Virus record (IMG/VR): IMGVR_UViG_3300035070_002905
Coordinates: 64,001-128,000 of that record
DNA from: a virus
Strand: one strand, 5' to 3'
DNA: 64,000 bases
A program made the translations under genes and the position numbers. Each line of letters starts with the position of its first letter. Within the stretch, counting starts at the first letter, position 1. Positions 45,911-57,400 of the stretch are shown here, piece by piece. Under the pieces are notes generated by a model. The model searched no databases, was not told the origin of the DNA, and saw nothing but the letters and a program-made list of their open reading frames with translations.

Positions 45911-48900
45911 TTACCAGTACATGCTCACTGACACTGCATCATCCGTTAGAGTACCTGCTGCGTCTTTAACGTCAACGAATACTTCACCTAGAGTGATCGT
46001 GTAGTTACATGAACGTACTGCACCTGTTGCAGACCTAGCAGTTGCTATAACTGTAGTGGAATCGTCTAGAACCGGTCCAGCAGGAGCTATAGAGTACTGA
46101 CCTGCCTGAACCCGGGTAACAGCGACGGCGTCTGTAAAGTTACCGTGACGACCGTCGATAGCACCTGTATTACTCAGAGTCATGTGCAGTGCATTACCAG
46201 TCGAGGTGTTCTCGTTATGGTTGATGACCGTCTTACCGCCCTCTACGGCCCAGACATTGCCACGAGGTGAGGCAGTCTGCGTGAACGTCATCTCTTTCTG
46301 AGGGAATACCTGCAGAGAAGGCGTACCGCCGAACAGCTGGTTATCACCTACTTCACCCGATACCGTAGCCACTTCAGATGAACCATTCACGATCGTAAAC
46401 GTATTACCGAAGTCGTATAGACCTTTAGGTATGCGTACAGTCACCGGAGCGTTAACGTTCGGGATGTTGTAGCGAAGTCCCGTACGGATAGACTGCCTGT
46501 CCATCGTCACGTCGGTAGATGCCGCAGCAATCGTGTACGTAGTGATAGACTGAATAGACATGTCATTCACGGCGTTACCCGGTGGAGTGTAGAAGAACGT
46601 ACCGCGGTCAGTTGTACCACCGCCGGCGTAAGTTACTTCACCTACCTTCACACCATCAACGTGGATGTCACACGTGTCTTCGCCAGGAGAGTTGATCATA
46701 CTGATCAGATACATTGTATCACGTTCTAGATCGAACGTAGTGTTACCACCAGAGTTGATCATAGTAATCTGTAGCTGACCACTCGATACTGTAACGTTAT
46801 ACTCGAAACGTCCGTTAGAACCCCAAGAGGTGTTGTTCGGTTCGATATCCACCCAGATCTGACCATCGTGAGCTGCTCCGAACATAGCTCGTAAATCTGT
46901 ACGGAAGCCGTTAGCACGACAGGTATCCCAGAATGCCTGAGTATTATTAGGCGCTTGCAGTGTAATTGTACCACCGGTCTGAGTACAGCGGATCACTTCA
47001 GGGAATCCTGCGTGATTCTCTGTATTTACCCAGCGGACGTTGTTACTACCTGTCCAACCCGAGTCGGCTAGGGTATTGCCCTCTGCGAAGAAGAACTGAC
47101 CTACCGGCTCACCTGAAGCGATACGCGTAGTAGTCACGTAAGACCAGTCCGATCCATCGTACCAGATAGGTCGATTATCGGCCAGGCCATTCAACGCCAG
47201 AGAACCTGTAGGATGTCCAGTATTCTGCGGGATGATACGAGGTAGAAGTGTACCACGTAACGGTGAATCCTGCTGTACTACCACATTCTTCTCTAGGTCA
47301 GGCTCGTTAATGATAACGTGCATGTCGTAGTCGTATAGGTATACTGCTTGGTTAGTACCAGTCGAACGCTTACGTAGTGTAAGAACTGTATCGCCTGCAC
47401 CGGTAGCGAACTCATATTCGAACTCATACGTATCACCTACGTTGTTATTAGCTGCAGGGATCGTTAGCTCAGCTACCTGCGTACCCGTACTATCCACCAG
47501 TTCGAAGTCCTGCGTAGTACCACCTGAAGAAGTACTGATACCGAATCTCAAGTAGATTTTGATACGTTGGAATAGACAGTCGCGGAAAGTGATCTGCGTA
47601 CCGCCGGAGCCTGCTGTATTGTATCGAATACCAAAGTGAGTACCGCCACTGACGATAGGCATTAGTTCTCGTACCGAACCACCGGTATCAGCGCCGTTCA
47701 TAGTGATCGTCGATGCCGGGTTAAGACTAGTATCGTCGACCTCTGGACGCTTATCTGCTACTAGATCCGTCCAGTAGTTCGTATCGATAGGCCAATCGGT
47801 CTTGTTATTAGCTATCCAAGTACCATATTCACCTGCACTCATACGAGTACCGTGGCTTGCATACTTACCTATGATAACGTCGTCGGCATGGATATCTACC
47901 TGTGAATTGGTAGAGAAGTCGATGTACGCAGTGTTAGGGCCGTGCTCACCGATAGATGAACATGCTATACCTCCAGACGTTCCATCTACTATATCACGAT
48001 CAGACCACTCATCCGTACTAATAGTAGAGACTACTACTTCTGTACCTGTAGGAGTATATAGGGTAGGAGTACCGAATACTACACCTGAGGCGTAAGGCAG
48101 TGGAATGATACTAGACATCAACCCTTCGTACGTCTTGGATGGGTCTATTCTAATCTGTAATCGTATAGAGTCTACTGTATCGGCAGAATCTCGAATCATT
48201 CGGTACTGAGTACCTCCACCGATATCCCCTGTCTGTACCAGACCTAGGATACGGAAGGTAGTCGTAGACGTTCCATCGGGAACTCCACGTACCATGTTCA
48301 TGTTAATACGGTTAGTGATTACTGTATCGCCGCCCGATTGAATGAACAGGATAAAGTCAGCACCTGAAGTGTCTACCGTACCTGCAGTAAGTGCTGGCCA
48401 AGTAATCAAGTCGTACCAACCTATGCCACCTGCACCTAGATCAGTAAACTGTGCATATGCGTGTTGGCTGCCGCCTGCCGGGATGTTCTTAATGAATGAC
48501 GCGTCTAGACGATCATCTGCAGTAAGAGTCTCCAGGGCATCACGTACACCTGCACCGGATGTGTAGATCGTATCGGCTACAAACCCGTATGGATTGTACG
48601 TAGTTGTAGGGTTCAGAGTAACACCTACTGAATCATGGATGATCTCTATATGTGCATCACCGACACCACCTGTATCTAGGAATGTACCAGTTAGATAATC
48701 TTCGATGCGCAGGTAAGATGCTGCGAAGGCACTGTTACCGATTACAATATCACCAGCTACTTGTCCGAAGTTGTAGTGACTACCATTAGATAGTGTTATG
48801 TTACCTACCAGTGCTCCGATGTGCATCTCACAACGTGCAGCTGTGGAGTTACTTACGTTACCTGTAAGTGTAGCGTAAGGCAGTTCGAAGTCTAAGGGCG

Positions 48901-49651
48901 TAAATGGAGCGATGTTCTCTGTAAACGTAGACGCATCTTGACATTTAATAACGCGCTTACTTGTCGTAGGGAACGCAGAAGCTAGAGTAACCGCTTGCGC
49001 GATAGTCAGTACCGGCTGTTCCGGAGAACGACCATCGGCATTATCATCACCGCTAGCTGATACGTATACCATCTGTGCACTATCGATAAAGTCGATAGCT
49101 TCTGCACCTAGACGATCTGCGTCCGTAAGAGTCTCTAGCTTATCACGGATAGTACTAGCATCATCTTTAACTAGTAGAGAAGAAGGTTCTACCGGTCCGA
49201 ATACTACCTCTTCATCTGTCATTGGAGTCCAGACAGTTAAGTTCTCGGGGATGGTAGTTGTATCGCCTGCAGGATTCCTTGCAACTGATAGGTCTACATT
49301 CATAGACGACAGTGCAGCAGTAGCCTGAACTTGTAGATGTACAGGTGATCGTAGATCATTAGAATCTTCACGTAGAAGACGTACCATATCTACTGCAGGC
49401 ACATTAGAGTCTGTTGCGTGCGTTAGGATGCCCCATTTTACAGGTGCGTTACCTAGGTTACCTTGTATTGTGAAATCAAAGTAAGTGAACTCGCCTGCTT
49501 TAGACATGTCCAGCGTTACCCTCTCTGAGAAGCTGCCACTACCGGTGACGGTAGCGATAGTCAGCCAGTCGTTATTCGTTCGGGTCTGTCCTACTAGATT
49601 AACGGAGGTGAACGACTTATCCCCTACTGGGATTATATTTGCTATTGACAT
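45911..49651 (-). CDS. Large tail fibre/receptor-binding protein (1246 aa)
   Basis: Beta-rich; YVSASGDDNADGRSPEQPVLTIAQAV motif; RDxLExL...RLDAS linkers shared with the neighbour. Confidence 0.65.
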   Translation of the reverse strand: MSIANIIPVGDKSFTSVNLVGQTRTNNDWLTIATVTGSGSFSERVTLDMSKAGEFTYFDFTIQGNLGNAPVKWGILTHATDSNVPAVDMVRLLREDSNDLRSPVHLQVQATAALSSMNVDLSVARNPAGDTTTIPENLTVWTPMTDEEVVFGPVEPSSLLVKDDASTIRDKLETLTDADRLGAEAIDFIDSAQMVYVSASGDDNADGRSPEQPVLTIAQAVTLASAFPTTSKRVIKCQDASTFTENIAPFTPLDFELPYATLTGNVSNSTAARCEMHIGALVGNITLSNGSHYNFGQVAGDIVIGNSAFAASYLRIEDYLTGTFLDTGGVGDAHIEIIHDSVGVTLNPTTTYNPYGFVADTIYTSGAGVRDALETLTADDRLDASFIKNIPAGGSQHAYAQFTDLGAGGIGWYDLITWPALTAGTVDTSGADFILFIQSGGDTVITNRINMNMVRGVPDGTSTTTFRILGLVQTGDIGGGTQYRMIRDSADTVDSIRLQIRIDPSKTYEGLMSSIIPLPYASGVVFGTPTLYTPTGTEVVVSTISTDEWSDRDIVDGTSGGIACSSIGEHGPNTAYIDFSTNSQVDIHADDVIIGKYASHGTRMSAGEYGTWIANNKTDWPIDTNYWTDLVADKRPEVDDTSLNPASTITMNGADTGGSVRELMPIVSGGTHFGIRYNTAGSGGTQITFRDCLFQRIKIYLRFGISTSSGGTTQDFELVDSTGTQVAELTIPAANNNVGDTYEFEYEFATGAGDTVLTLRKRSTGTNQAVYLYDYDMHVIINEPDLEKNVVVQQDSPLRGTLLPRIIPQNTGHPTGSLALNGLADNRPIWYDGSDWSYVTTTRIASGEPVGQFFFAEGNTLADSGWTGSNNVRWVNTENHAGFPEVIRCTQTGGTITLQAPNNTQAFWDTCRANGFRTDLRAMFGAAHDGQIWVDIEPNNTSWGSNGRFEYNVTVSSGQLQITMINSGGNTTFDLERDTMYLISMINSPGEDTCDIHVDGVKVGEVTYAGGGTTDRGTFFYTPPGNAVNDMSIQSITTYTIAAASTDVTMDRQSIRTGLRYNIPNVNAPVTVRIPKGLYDFGNTFTIVNGSSEVATVSGEVGDNQLFGGTPSLQVFPQKEMTFTQTASPRGNVWAVEGGKTVINHNENTSTGNALHMTLSNTGAIDGRHGNFTDAVAVTRVQAGQYSIAPAGPVLDDSTTVIATARSATGAVRSCNYTITLGEVFVDVKDAAGTLTDDAVSVSMYW

Positions 49652-49689
49652 TTTGTCTCCTAAATAGGGGCCGGAGCCCCCTTTATTTA

Positions 49690-52600
49690 CTAGATAAGAT
49701 ACGGTTGGCCTATGCCGATAAGAATCGTATCATCATCGATTACCTGGAATACCTCTTGGATCAAACCTGATACAGGCTGAGCCGAAGTAAATGTCCCTGC
49801 ACTGTTTAGCCAGTAGTACTGTCCGGTAGTATAGCCGTGTCCGGTAATCGTACAGATTCCGCTAGACTGTACTCGATAGGTACCGATGTCCACTACCTCA
49901 CATACAAAGCCGGTAGCCGGAGCCATAGACGATGCATCTGCCGGAGCCCAGTTAGCACCTGCACCTCTAGCTAGCAACTGCTGCTGAGTAAACGGATGGT
50001 TAGGGTGGACTACTGTAATGATATCAGTTGAAGCACCTTCGATAGCGCTAACGTTTAGACGCTCAGTACCAGTTAATGCCTCTAGCTTATCGCGAATCTG
50101 GATTCCAGTATCGCTGCCTACCGGCACGTCTGCATGAAACTTAATGTTAGTTACTGCAACTCGAGCGAATACGATGTGTAGATCGTTTGTTACCAGTCCA
50201 CCAGCTCCTGGAGTAGTCGAAACAGTCCAGTAAGTGGTGTCCGTATTAGTATGAGCTTCTGTACCAACTACTGGATCTATTTTAGTAGCACCACCACCCA
50301 CAGGGTTGCCTTCGTACACGCGGATATCACGATCAGTACCCGATGAGGTCACTTGACCGTATCGAATCTCTAGGACCATGTTATGTGTAAGGGCACCTGC
50401 CGGGACTACCAGCTCACATACATCCGCGGAGGCAGAAGTCTCATCGGCGAATACGTTAGTGAAAAAACCTGCACCGCTACCGAAACCAAGAGGGAAGCTA
50501 CGTCCTGCATCTCTACGGAATGATGCACTTACACCAAGGCCTTCGACCATGTCATCTGCTAGAGTGTTCAGTGGAATGCCGTTAGTAACTCCGAAATCCT
50601 CGAAGATCTTAAGGGCCGCACTACCGAATCCACTACCGCGGATATCAGATGCCATAAACGGAGCGTTAGATACTACCTGTAGATCGTAAACGCCTTGACG
50701 CTGTACTACTACGTGGTAATCATCGGTTGCAACCAGCGCACTATCTAGGTTCCAAACTACAGTCTGTAGAGCACCGTATACGTTAGACTCTTGACCGTAT
50801 ACCGGATCAACTACTACACCGCCTGATGTAGGATCACCTCGGTATACCCTGAAGTGCCTATCACCGGTAGCAGATCCACGTGCGAATCGCGCCTGTAAGA
50901 CCTTGCCTCGAGCTTCCTGTGCTGGAATTATGAATTCCGCTACTGCACCGTCTCCCGTTTCATCTACCGAGCTGTTAAGCCAGAACCACCACGAGCCTGC
51001 CGTTAATGAGGCAAACGGCATGATACGAGAGTTAGTATCTCTCCATGCAGTCCCTGGGACTAGAGTACGTTCAAGTAGCTCATCGCCCTGTGCCTTAGTA
51101 AGCGTAGTACCGGTAGGAATAGCATCACGTACCGCAATCTCACGAAATACGTTCTGGAACGTACCTGTACCATCTATATTCAAGTTCTGAATAGCAGATG
51201 AATCCAGGCGATCTGTACCTGTTAATGCCTCTAGTTCATCCCGAATCTGTGTACCAGTAGACTGGCCAAGAGATGTATGGAACTCTACGTCAAGTAGAAT
51301 CTGACGTCCTAGGTATACGTAGATGTCAGCTGAGTTAGCTGGGACCTGGTAAGTTACCGCATGAGCAGTAGCACCGCTGTTCGTACCGACTACCGGTAGA
51401 ATCTCTGTACCTGAAGCTGTAGCATCACCGTTGAATACACGTAGTTCACGAGTCAGACCTGACACGATATCACTTATGAAGAACGTGATGTATGAACCGC
51501 CAGTTAGATCTTTACCAGTGAAGATTACCTCGCTGTACGCGTGACCTGCATCTGTAGGATCTTGTCCACCCGATGGTGCATATACACCCCACGAGTCAGC
51601 ATCGTCGTAGTATGCTAGTGCAGTACGAGCTGTAGTAACACCTACACCAAATGTGCGTAGGATCTCTGTAGACTGTGCTACCGATAGAGCCTCATCATCT
51701 GCAATAGAGTCACGGTCTGCGATCGTCTTAGCATGCTTAGCGTACTTACTGAATACATTCTGTACCGCCCAAGATTCTAGGCGATTAGCCTCTGCCACCG
51801 ATTCGATATCATCGATAAGCTCTAGTGGAGTAAACCCTAGACGATTGTTGATCGCCTGAAGAGATAGCTCTTCCCAGTCTGCCGCGTTGAATGCACCTGC
51901 AGTAACCGTAGCGATAGCCACGTAGTCACGTCCAAGGTGAGATACATAGGCGCCGATCGCATAGTTGTTCGCGATGTTAAACACGTTGTAAGCTGCCGCA
52001 CCACGTAGGGATACGATGTCACCTTCAACTGCTTCGATTCGGTTTTCGTTAGTGATTGCACTGACGATCTGCCACTCCGCAACATCCCATGCACCTGCTG
52101 CCACGCCTGTACGTGCTTTGTACAATCTGCTTAGGTAGATTACGTAGGTACCTGCAGTATACGTTGCAGTAGAATCAAAGTCTGCCGGACGAGCTGCCCC
52201 GCGTAACGCCTCGATGTCTACTTCAGCTGTATCGATACGACCTTCGTTATCTACAATCGAGATGACCTGCCATTCCGATGCGTCGAAGTTACCTGGAAGT
52301 ACTGCTGCAATAGCATGGTATAGACGGTTGCCGAATACACAGCTATCGTCGATTGCGTAAGTAGCCGTAGAGTCAAAGTCTGCCGCTACTGCCTGGCCGC
52401 GTAGCTGTTCGTGCGCATCGCTGATACCTACTGAAGTCTCTAGGACTAGCGCTGCGTTACTTAGAGTAGACGCTTCGTACCAGTTAGCTGCATCCCACGG
52501 TCCTGCCGTAAGATCTTCACGAGCGATGAACGTACGGTTATCTGCTGTACGATATACCGAGTCACCTGCAGAGTATGCCTGAGTAGCGCTGAATTCTGTC

Positions 52601-54357
52601 GGGCGGGCTCCGCCACGTAGTTCCAGACGTTCCGGCGCACCGGTATCGCTAGATAGCGGTAGGTTAGTGTGCACTGCGATGTTGTTAACTGTTACTCGAG
52701 AGAAAACGATATGCAAATCAGTAGTTACTGCGCCATCATTCTCTGGAGTAGTCGAAACATTCCAGTAGGTCGTAGCCGCACCTGTATGCGCTTCAGTACC
52801 CTCTATAGGTGTCAACTTGGTTACGCCAGTCGTAGGATCTCCTGGGTATACACGAACATCACGTTCTGTACCGCCAGTAGTAACTTGACCATAGGTAACT
52901 TCTAAGACTTGGTTATGTGAAAGTCGGCTCGCAGGAATCACTAGTTCACATACGTCTGCCGTAGCTGCAGTCTCATCGCCGAACGAAGCCGAGAATAGAC
53001 CGGCACCATTGCCGAACATCCTAGGGTATTGACGTCCTGCGGTAGTACGGAATTCCGCACCGATACCCATACCTTGAACTATATCGTTAGCGTGAGTACC
53101 TAGTAGCTCTCCGTTGACTAGACCTGTTTGTTGGTTAACTAGCGCAGCAGCTTCTGAAAAGGATGCACCCTTAAGAGCGGCCATGTGATATGCTGAGTTA
53201 TCCACTAGTTGTAGATCGAAGATACCTTGACGCTGTACGATGATATGGATATCGCCAGCAACGCCGTCCGGGCGCTCTAGATCCCATACTGTAGTAGCCT
53301 GGCTACCGCGAAGAACGAACTCGTTACCTAGAATAGGGTCGATTTCCACACCTAGGTTAACCGGGTTGCCGTCGTATACGCGGAACATTCGAGTTCCAAT
53401 AGTTGACGAACGAGTGAACCTAGCAGTTAACGCCTTGCCACGTACTGATTCTGCAGGAAGTACTAATTCTATACACGCTCCGGCACCAGTCTCATCTATC
53501 TCACTGTTTCTCCACAGCATGAAGCTGTTATTAGACTGAGATACGATCGGCATGATACGTGAGTTATCAGTAGCCCAGAACGCATCGATACCTAGAGTAC
53601 GTCGAACAATCTCATCGGCTTGTGCTTTAGTTAACGTAGCACCTGAGGTAAGACCATCACGTACGAAGATCTCTTCTACTACCGGCTGGAATGCAGCATC
53701 GCCGTCGAGATTAAGATTCTGGATAGCTGATGCATCTAAGCGAGCAGTACCAGTAAGTTCTTCCAGACGATCACGGATTGTAGTACCGCGTGCGTTGTTA
53801 CGTACAGACAGTTCCTGCCATCGTGCCGTATTGAAGGCTTCCGGCGTAGTTACTGGATCGATACACAGGTATTCACGGGCAGACGTAGTCTCCCATACCG
53901 TAGCACCGAGTACGTACGTAGATGAAGCACTGTAGTCTGCCGAACGAGCTGCGCCGCGTAGCGCTACGATCTCTTCCGGTAGAACGCTAAGTGCTTCTAC
54001 TCGAGTGTTAATAGACTCTAGCGATAGATCCTGCCATTTAGCCGAGTCGAATGCTTCTGCCACGGTAACCGCAGTAGTACAGACATAGTGTACTGAGTTA
54101 AAGGTTACTAGATCATCTAGTGCGTATGTTGCGGTGGCATCATACAGTGAAGCAGAGTTGCTCCCGATGACGCTGTGTACGGTTGATTGTAGGAATCGTC
54201 CGTTAGAGAGAGTGATCTCGCCACCCGTACCATTACATAGGTACGATAGACCGGTCTCAGTGATAAACGTGAATTCGCCTAGCCTAATCGGTAGGGCAAT
54301 CGCTGCCGCTACAGTATCTGCCTGTAGACGTCTCACTTGTTGTTGGTTATAGCTCAC
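49690..54357 (-). CDS. Large tail fibre protein (1555 aa) with six CBM5/12-like repeats and an internal duplication
   Basis: GTG start with AGGAG RBS; repeats visible in the translation. Confidence 0.7.
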   Translation of the reverse strand: MSYNQQQVRRLQADTVAAAIALPIRLGEFTFITETGLSYLCNGTGGEITLSNGRFLQSTVHSVIGSNSASLYDATATYALDDLVTFNSVHYVCTTAVTVAEAFDSAKWQDLSLESINTRVEALSVLPEEIVALRGAARSADYSASSTYVLGATVWETTSAREYLCIDPVTTPEAFNTARWQELSVRNNARGTTIRDRLEELTGTARLDASAIQNLNLDGDAAFQPVVEEIFVRDGLTSGATLTKAQADEIVRRTLGIDAFWATDNSRIMPIVSQSNNSFMLWRNSEIDETGAGACIELVLPAESVRGKALTARFTRSSTIGTRMFRVYDGNPVNLGVEIDPILGNEFVLRGSQATTVWDLERPDGVAGDIHIIVQRQGIFDLQLVDNSAYHMAALKGASFSEAAALVNQQTGLVNGELLGTHANDIVQGMGIGAEFRTTAGRQYPRMFGNGAGLFSASFGDETAATADVCELVIPASRLSHNQVLEVTYGQVTTGGTERDVRVYPGDPTTGVTKLTPIEGTEAHTGAATTYWNVSTTPENDGAVTTDLHIVFSRVTVNNIAVHTNLPLSSDTGAPERLELRGGARPTEFSATQAYSAGDSVYRTADNRTFIAREDLTAGPWDAANWYEASTLSNAALVLETSVGISDAHEQLRGQAVAADFDSTATYAIDDSCVFGNRLYHAIAAVLPGNFDASEWQVISIVDNEGRIDTAEVDIEALRGAARPADFDSTATYTAGTYVIYLSRLYKARTGVAAGAWDVAEWQIVSAITNENRIEAVEGDIVSLRGAAAYNVFNIANNYAIGAYVSHLGRDYVAIATVTAGAFNAADWEELSLQAINNRLGFTPLELIDDIESVAEANRLESWAVQNVFSKYAKHAKTIADRDSIADDEALSVAQSTEILRTFGVGVTTARTALAYYDDADSWGVYAPSGGQDPTDAGHAYSEVIFTGKDLTGGSYITFFISDIVSGLTRELRVFNGDATASGTEILPVVGTNSGATAHAVTYQVPANSADIYVYLGRQILLDVEFHTSLGQSTGTQIRDELEALTGTDRLDSSAIQNLNIDGTGTFQNVFREIAVRDAIPTGTTLTKAQGDELLERTLVPGTAWRDTNSRIMPFASLTAGSWWFWLNSSVDETGDGAVAEFIIPAQEARGKVLQARFARGSATGDRHFRVYRGDPTSGGVVVDPVYGQESNVYGALQTVVWNLDSALVATDDYHVVVQRQGVYDLQVVSNAPFMASDIRGSGFGSAALKIFEDFGVTNGIPLNTLADDMVEGLGVSASFRRDAGRSFPLGFGSGAGFFTNVFADETSASADVCELVVPAGALTHNMVLEIRYGQVTSSGTDRDIRVYEGNPVGGGATKIDPVVGTEAHTNTDTTYWTVSTTPGAGGLVTNDLHIVFARVAVTNIKFHADVPVGSDTGIQIRDKLEALTGTERLNVSAIEGASTDIITVVHPNHPFTQQQLLARGAGANWAPADASSMAPATGFVCEVVDIGTYRVQSSGICTITGHGYTTGQYYWLNSAGTFTSAQPVSGLIQEVFQVIDDDTILIGIGQPYLI

Positions 54358-54408
54358 AGTAATCTCCTATCTATGGTACGCATGCGCGCTAATTAATGTG
54401 CTTACGTA

Positions 54409-54415
54409 TATTTTA
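54409..54415 (-). promoter_or_regulatory. Candidate late promoter TAAAATA
   Basis: Immediately after the upstream terminator. Confidence 0.6.
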
Positions 54416-54418
54416 GAC

Positions 54419-54443
54419 AAAAAGAAAGGGCCCGAAGGCCCTT
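54419..54443 (-). terminator. Intrinsic terminator with UUCG loop
   Basis: AAGGGCC-ttcg-GGCCCTT then TCTTTTT. Confidence 0.85.
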
Positions 54444-54445
54444 CA

Positions 54446-57400
54446 TTAGGTTGGTCTGATGACGTCGAGGAAATCCTCGTTAGCCACTGAATCGTATACA
54501 ATACGAATCGCCGTGTCTGACACTCGGAATACTTCAGTGCCGTGTCGCAGGTGCGCTCCGTTGAACTGGAACCCTGCACGAGTATACTCGTCTGCAGTCA
54601 TGTTAGGGATCGCCCAGCTAGCTCCTGCCGCTACCGTAGCTGTGTACTCGGTAGAAATATCGAAGTTAACTGTAGGGACATCGCCGTTACGCTGTACTAC
54701 CGTATAGATTCCACTGCCTGTATGGACAACCTTACCTACGATGTACGAGTCACGTGGTACCGGAAGATCCTCTACGATGTACGCCTGCATCTGCTCTGAA
54801 GTCATCGGCTCACCGATATACTTCATCAACGCGATGTTAGGACTATCGGAGCGAGCGATCAGAGTATCCACTACGTACGAGTTAGCCGGTACAGTCGCCA
54901 GGGCATCATCCGATGCATCCCAGTACTGGTTACCTGTAGCGGAGCCGCCTGGACCCCACTGGTAATCCGTAACGAAGGTACGAGCCAGCTCTGCGAAGCT
55001 AGTTCCGGCTACTGGAATCAGAACCTCCAGATCTACCGTAGCGTCTGCCGCCGTGTTGTACTGACGTAGAGACTCTGCAATCACTCGACCGGTACGAACT
55101 GATAGGTTCTGTACGTTACGTGCAATGCTTCGGCCTACGACGACCGGAAGTCGTGTTAGATACTCGTTAAGAGTACCATCACCGAAGAACGGTCCGATTA
55201 CGTTAGTAGTCAGAGTAGATCCCGCTATGCGAATCTCACCTACTAGTACGATCTGCGCTAGCTCTGCATCTGTGAATAGTCGTTCCTCGCCCAGTAGGAA
55301 GTTAGAACGTTTAATCACGATGTCGATGCTAGGAGAAGTAGTAGAATTAACTACTGTGTATCGTCCGGTGGGTGCTGTAAATGTACCTACTGGACATATA
55401 CCGACTACTGCGTGCTGATCTGTAGCGACCATTCCATGAGCAATACCCGTCTCACCTGCGTACGATAGGTCTGTAGCGAATAGCTTAGCCTCGATCGCCG
55501 ACATAGCGAATGTCGTAATAGGACTCTCCAGCGTAATCGTCACTGCTCGATCATAACGTAGGCCGTAGTCTCCTACCGGAGTAACCTCCGTCTGAATCTT
55601 AGCGTTCAGCTCTGTCACCGCCGCCTGTAGCTCAGTCGCTACGATAGGGTTAGGTGAAGTATCCTGTGCAGGATCGTAACTAACATCTGCCGCCGTAATA
55701 GGAGGAAGACTAATAGCACCTGAACCCGCAGCCGTAATATCGATCACCGCGTAGCTCACTACATCGGTATCGTCTACGTTGTGCGGAATGACCTGTAGTA
55801 CAGTACTCCCGTCGAACGTACCCGTTACACTAGCACCACCGTTGATTAGCGATAGGACATCGGTAGGGTTACGTCGGATTATGTAGCTACCCTCGCCGAG
55901 TAACTTAACTGTAACCGTTGCAGAGTCAGGGACGTCTGCTTCTGTTACCGCGTTAAGGATAGGCGTTTCGAATACCCAGTCACGTACACCATCTGCGATG
56001 AAGATCGTATTCTGAACGATATCCTCAATGGTAACATACACTGTCGGTAACGATGTGAACACCGTGAACAACCAGTCTGACAGGTAGACATTCGATAGGT
56101 TGGCTACTTCGCCTGTATCGAAACGGTTCTCTGAGACTGAACCGGTATACGGTTGGACCCAATTAGATACTATAGCCGACTGAGCATCTGCTGCAGTAGG
56201 AGGAGTTACTGTAAGGGTCATTACACCCCAGTTATTACCAGCCTTAGGAGCGATCTCTACTCGGACATCAAAGTAATCTACTACACCGGTGAAGGTGAAT
56301 ACCGTAGAACCCATGGTGAATACAGTATCGCTGCCGACAACCTCTACGTCGATCAGTAGCTGACCTGCCGTATTAGGTACCGGAGAGTCTACTGCCGTCC
56401 AGCAAGACTGAAGACGAGCTTTACCTGATGCTAACTTGAAGTTATAGTCGATCACGTTACCGTTATCGAATACTACCGCCAGATTCTCCAGTGACATCGG
56501 ACGGGTTAGACCTGTCTGAGCAGTCGCTGAGGTATCTTCACATTGTAGTACGTTGCGTCCTGACTCGACTACCAGAGAAGGAGTACCTACCTCGGTCCAG
56601 CCTTGCAGTGTTGCATCACCGTTATACAGGTTAGTATTGTACGTTACGCGTGCCGTAAGGTTACGAGAAGTATGGAACTGAGTCTGAGACGTCAGGTCTT
56701 CAAGTAGATCCGGTACGATTACCACTAGCTCGCTGCTACTAGTAAGTTCGTGCTCGTTAGAGACTGCTGCGTATGTCGTATCCCCACCTTTCTGTACTAG
56801 CGCCGCTGCAAGTCGGTATCCGTTTCTACCTGAAGTAGGTAGAGATAGGATAGGAATACCTGCGGATAGCTCTGAGGCCGTGTACAGGGTGTCGCCCTTA
56901 GTAAGCAGTAGATCTCGAGATGAACCAGGCTTCTGGTAAATCCACAGGTAATCTACTGAGAACATACCTTCCGGGATCAGAGCATGCTGTGCGTTCGTTT
57001 CGTCTGAGTCTGGTACAGTACCTAGGATGTTATAGTAACGCCCATCGGCCTGCAGAACCTCATCACGGTTATCATCATCCGGCCATAGTGCACGCACGGT
57101 AGGTGACGTAGCGCCTAGATAAGGTACGACCTGTCCATACGTAGTACGGATGAATCCCGAGGTGATGTTGTAAGTAACACCTGCACCTGGGATTACGTTA
57201 ATACCGCTAAGGATCTCCGAGATTGTACCTTCTTTAATCTCCTCTGAACCGTTATCTGCAAGCCATATACTCTCGGTAATAGTATTAATATTACCTGAGT
57301 CCGCTAGTACGTGTGCGAAGTCCATCGCCCAGGGTTCGTTACTAGTGAATGAAGGGTTCTCACCTTCATCGCCTGTAAGTACAACGATATCATAGCCAGA

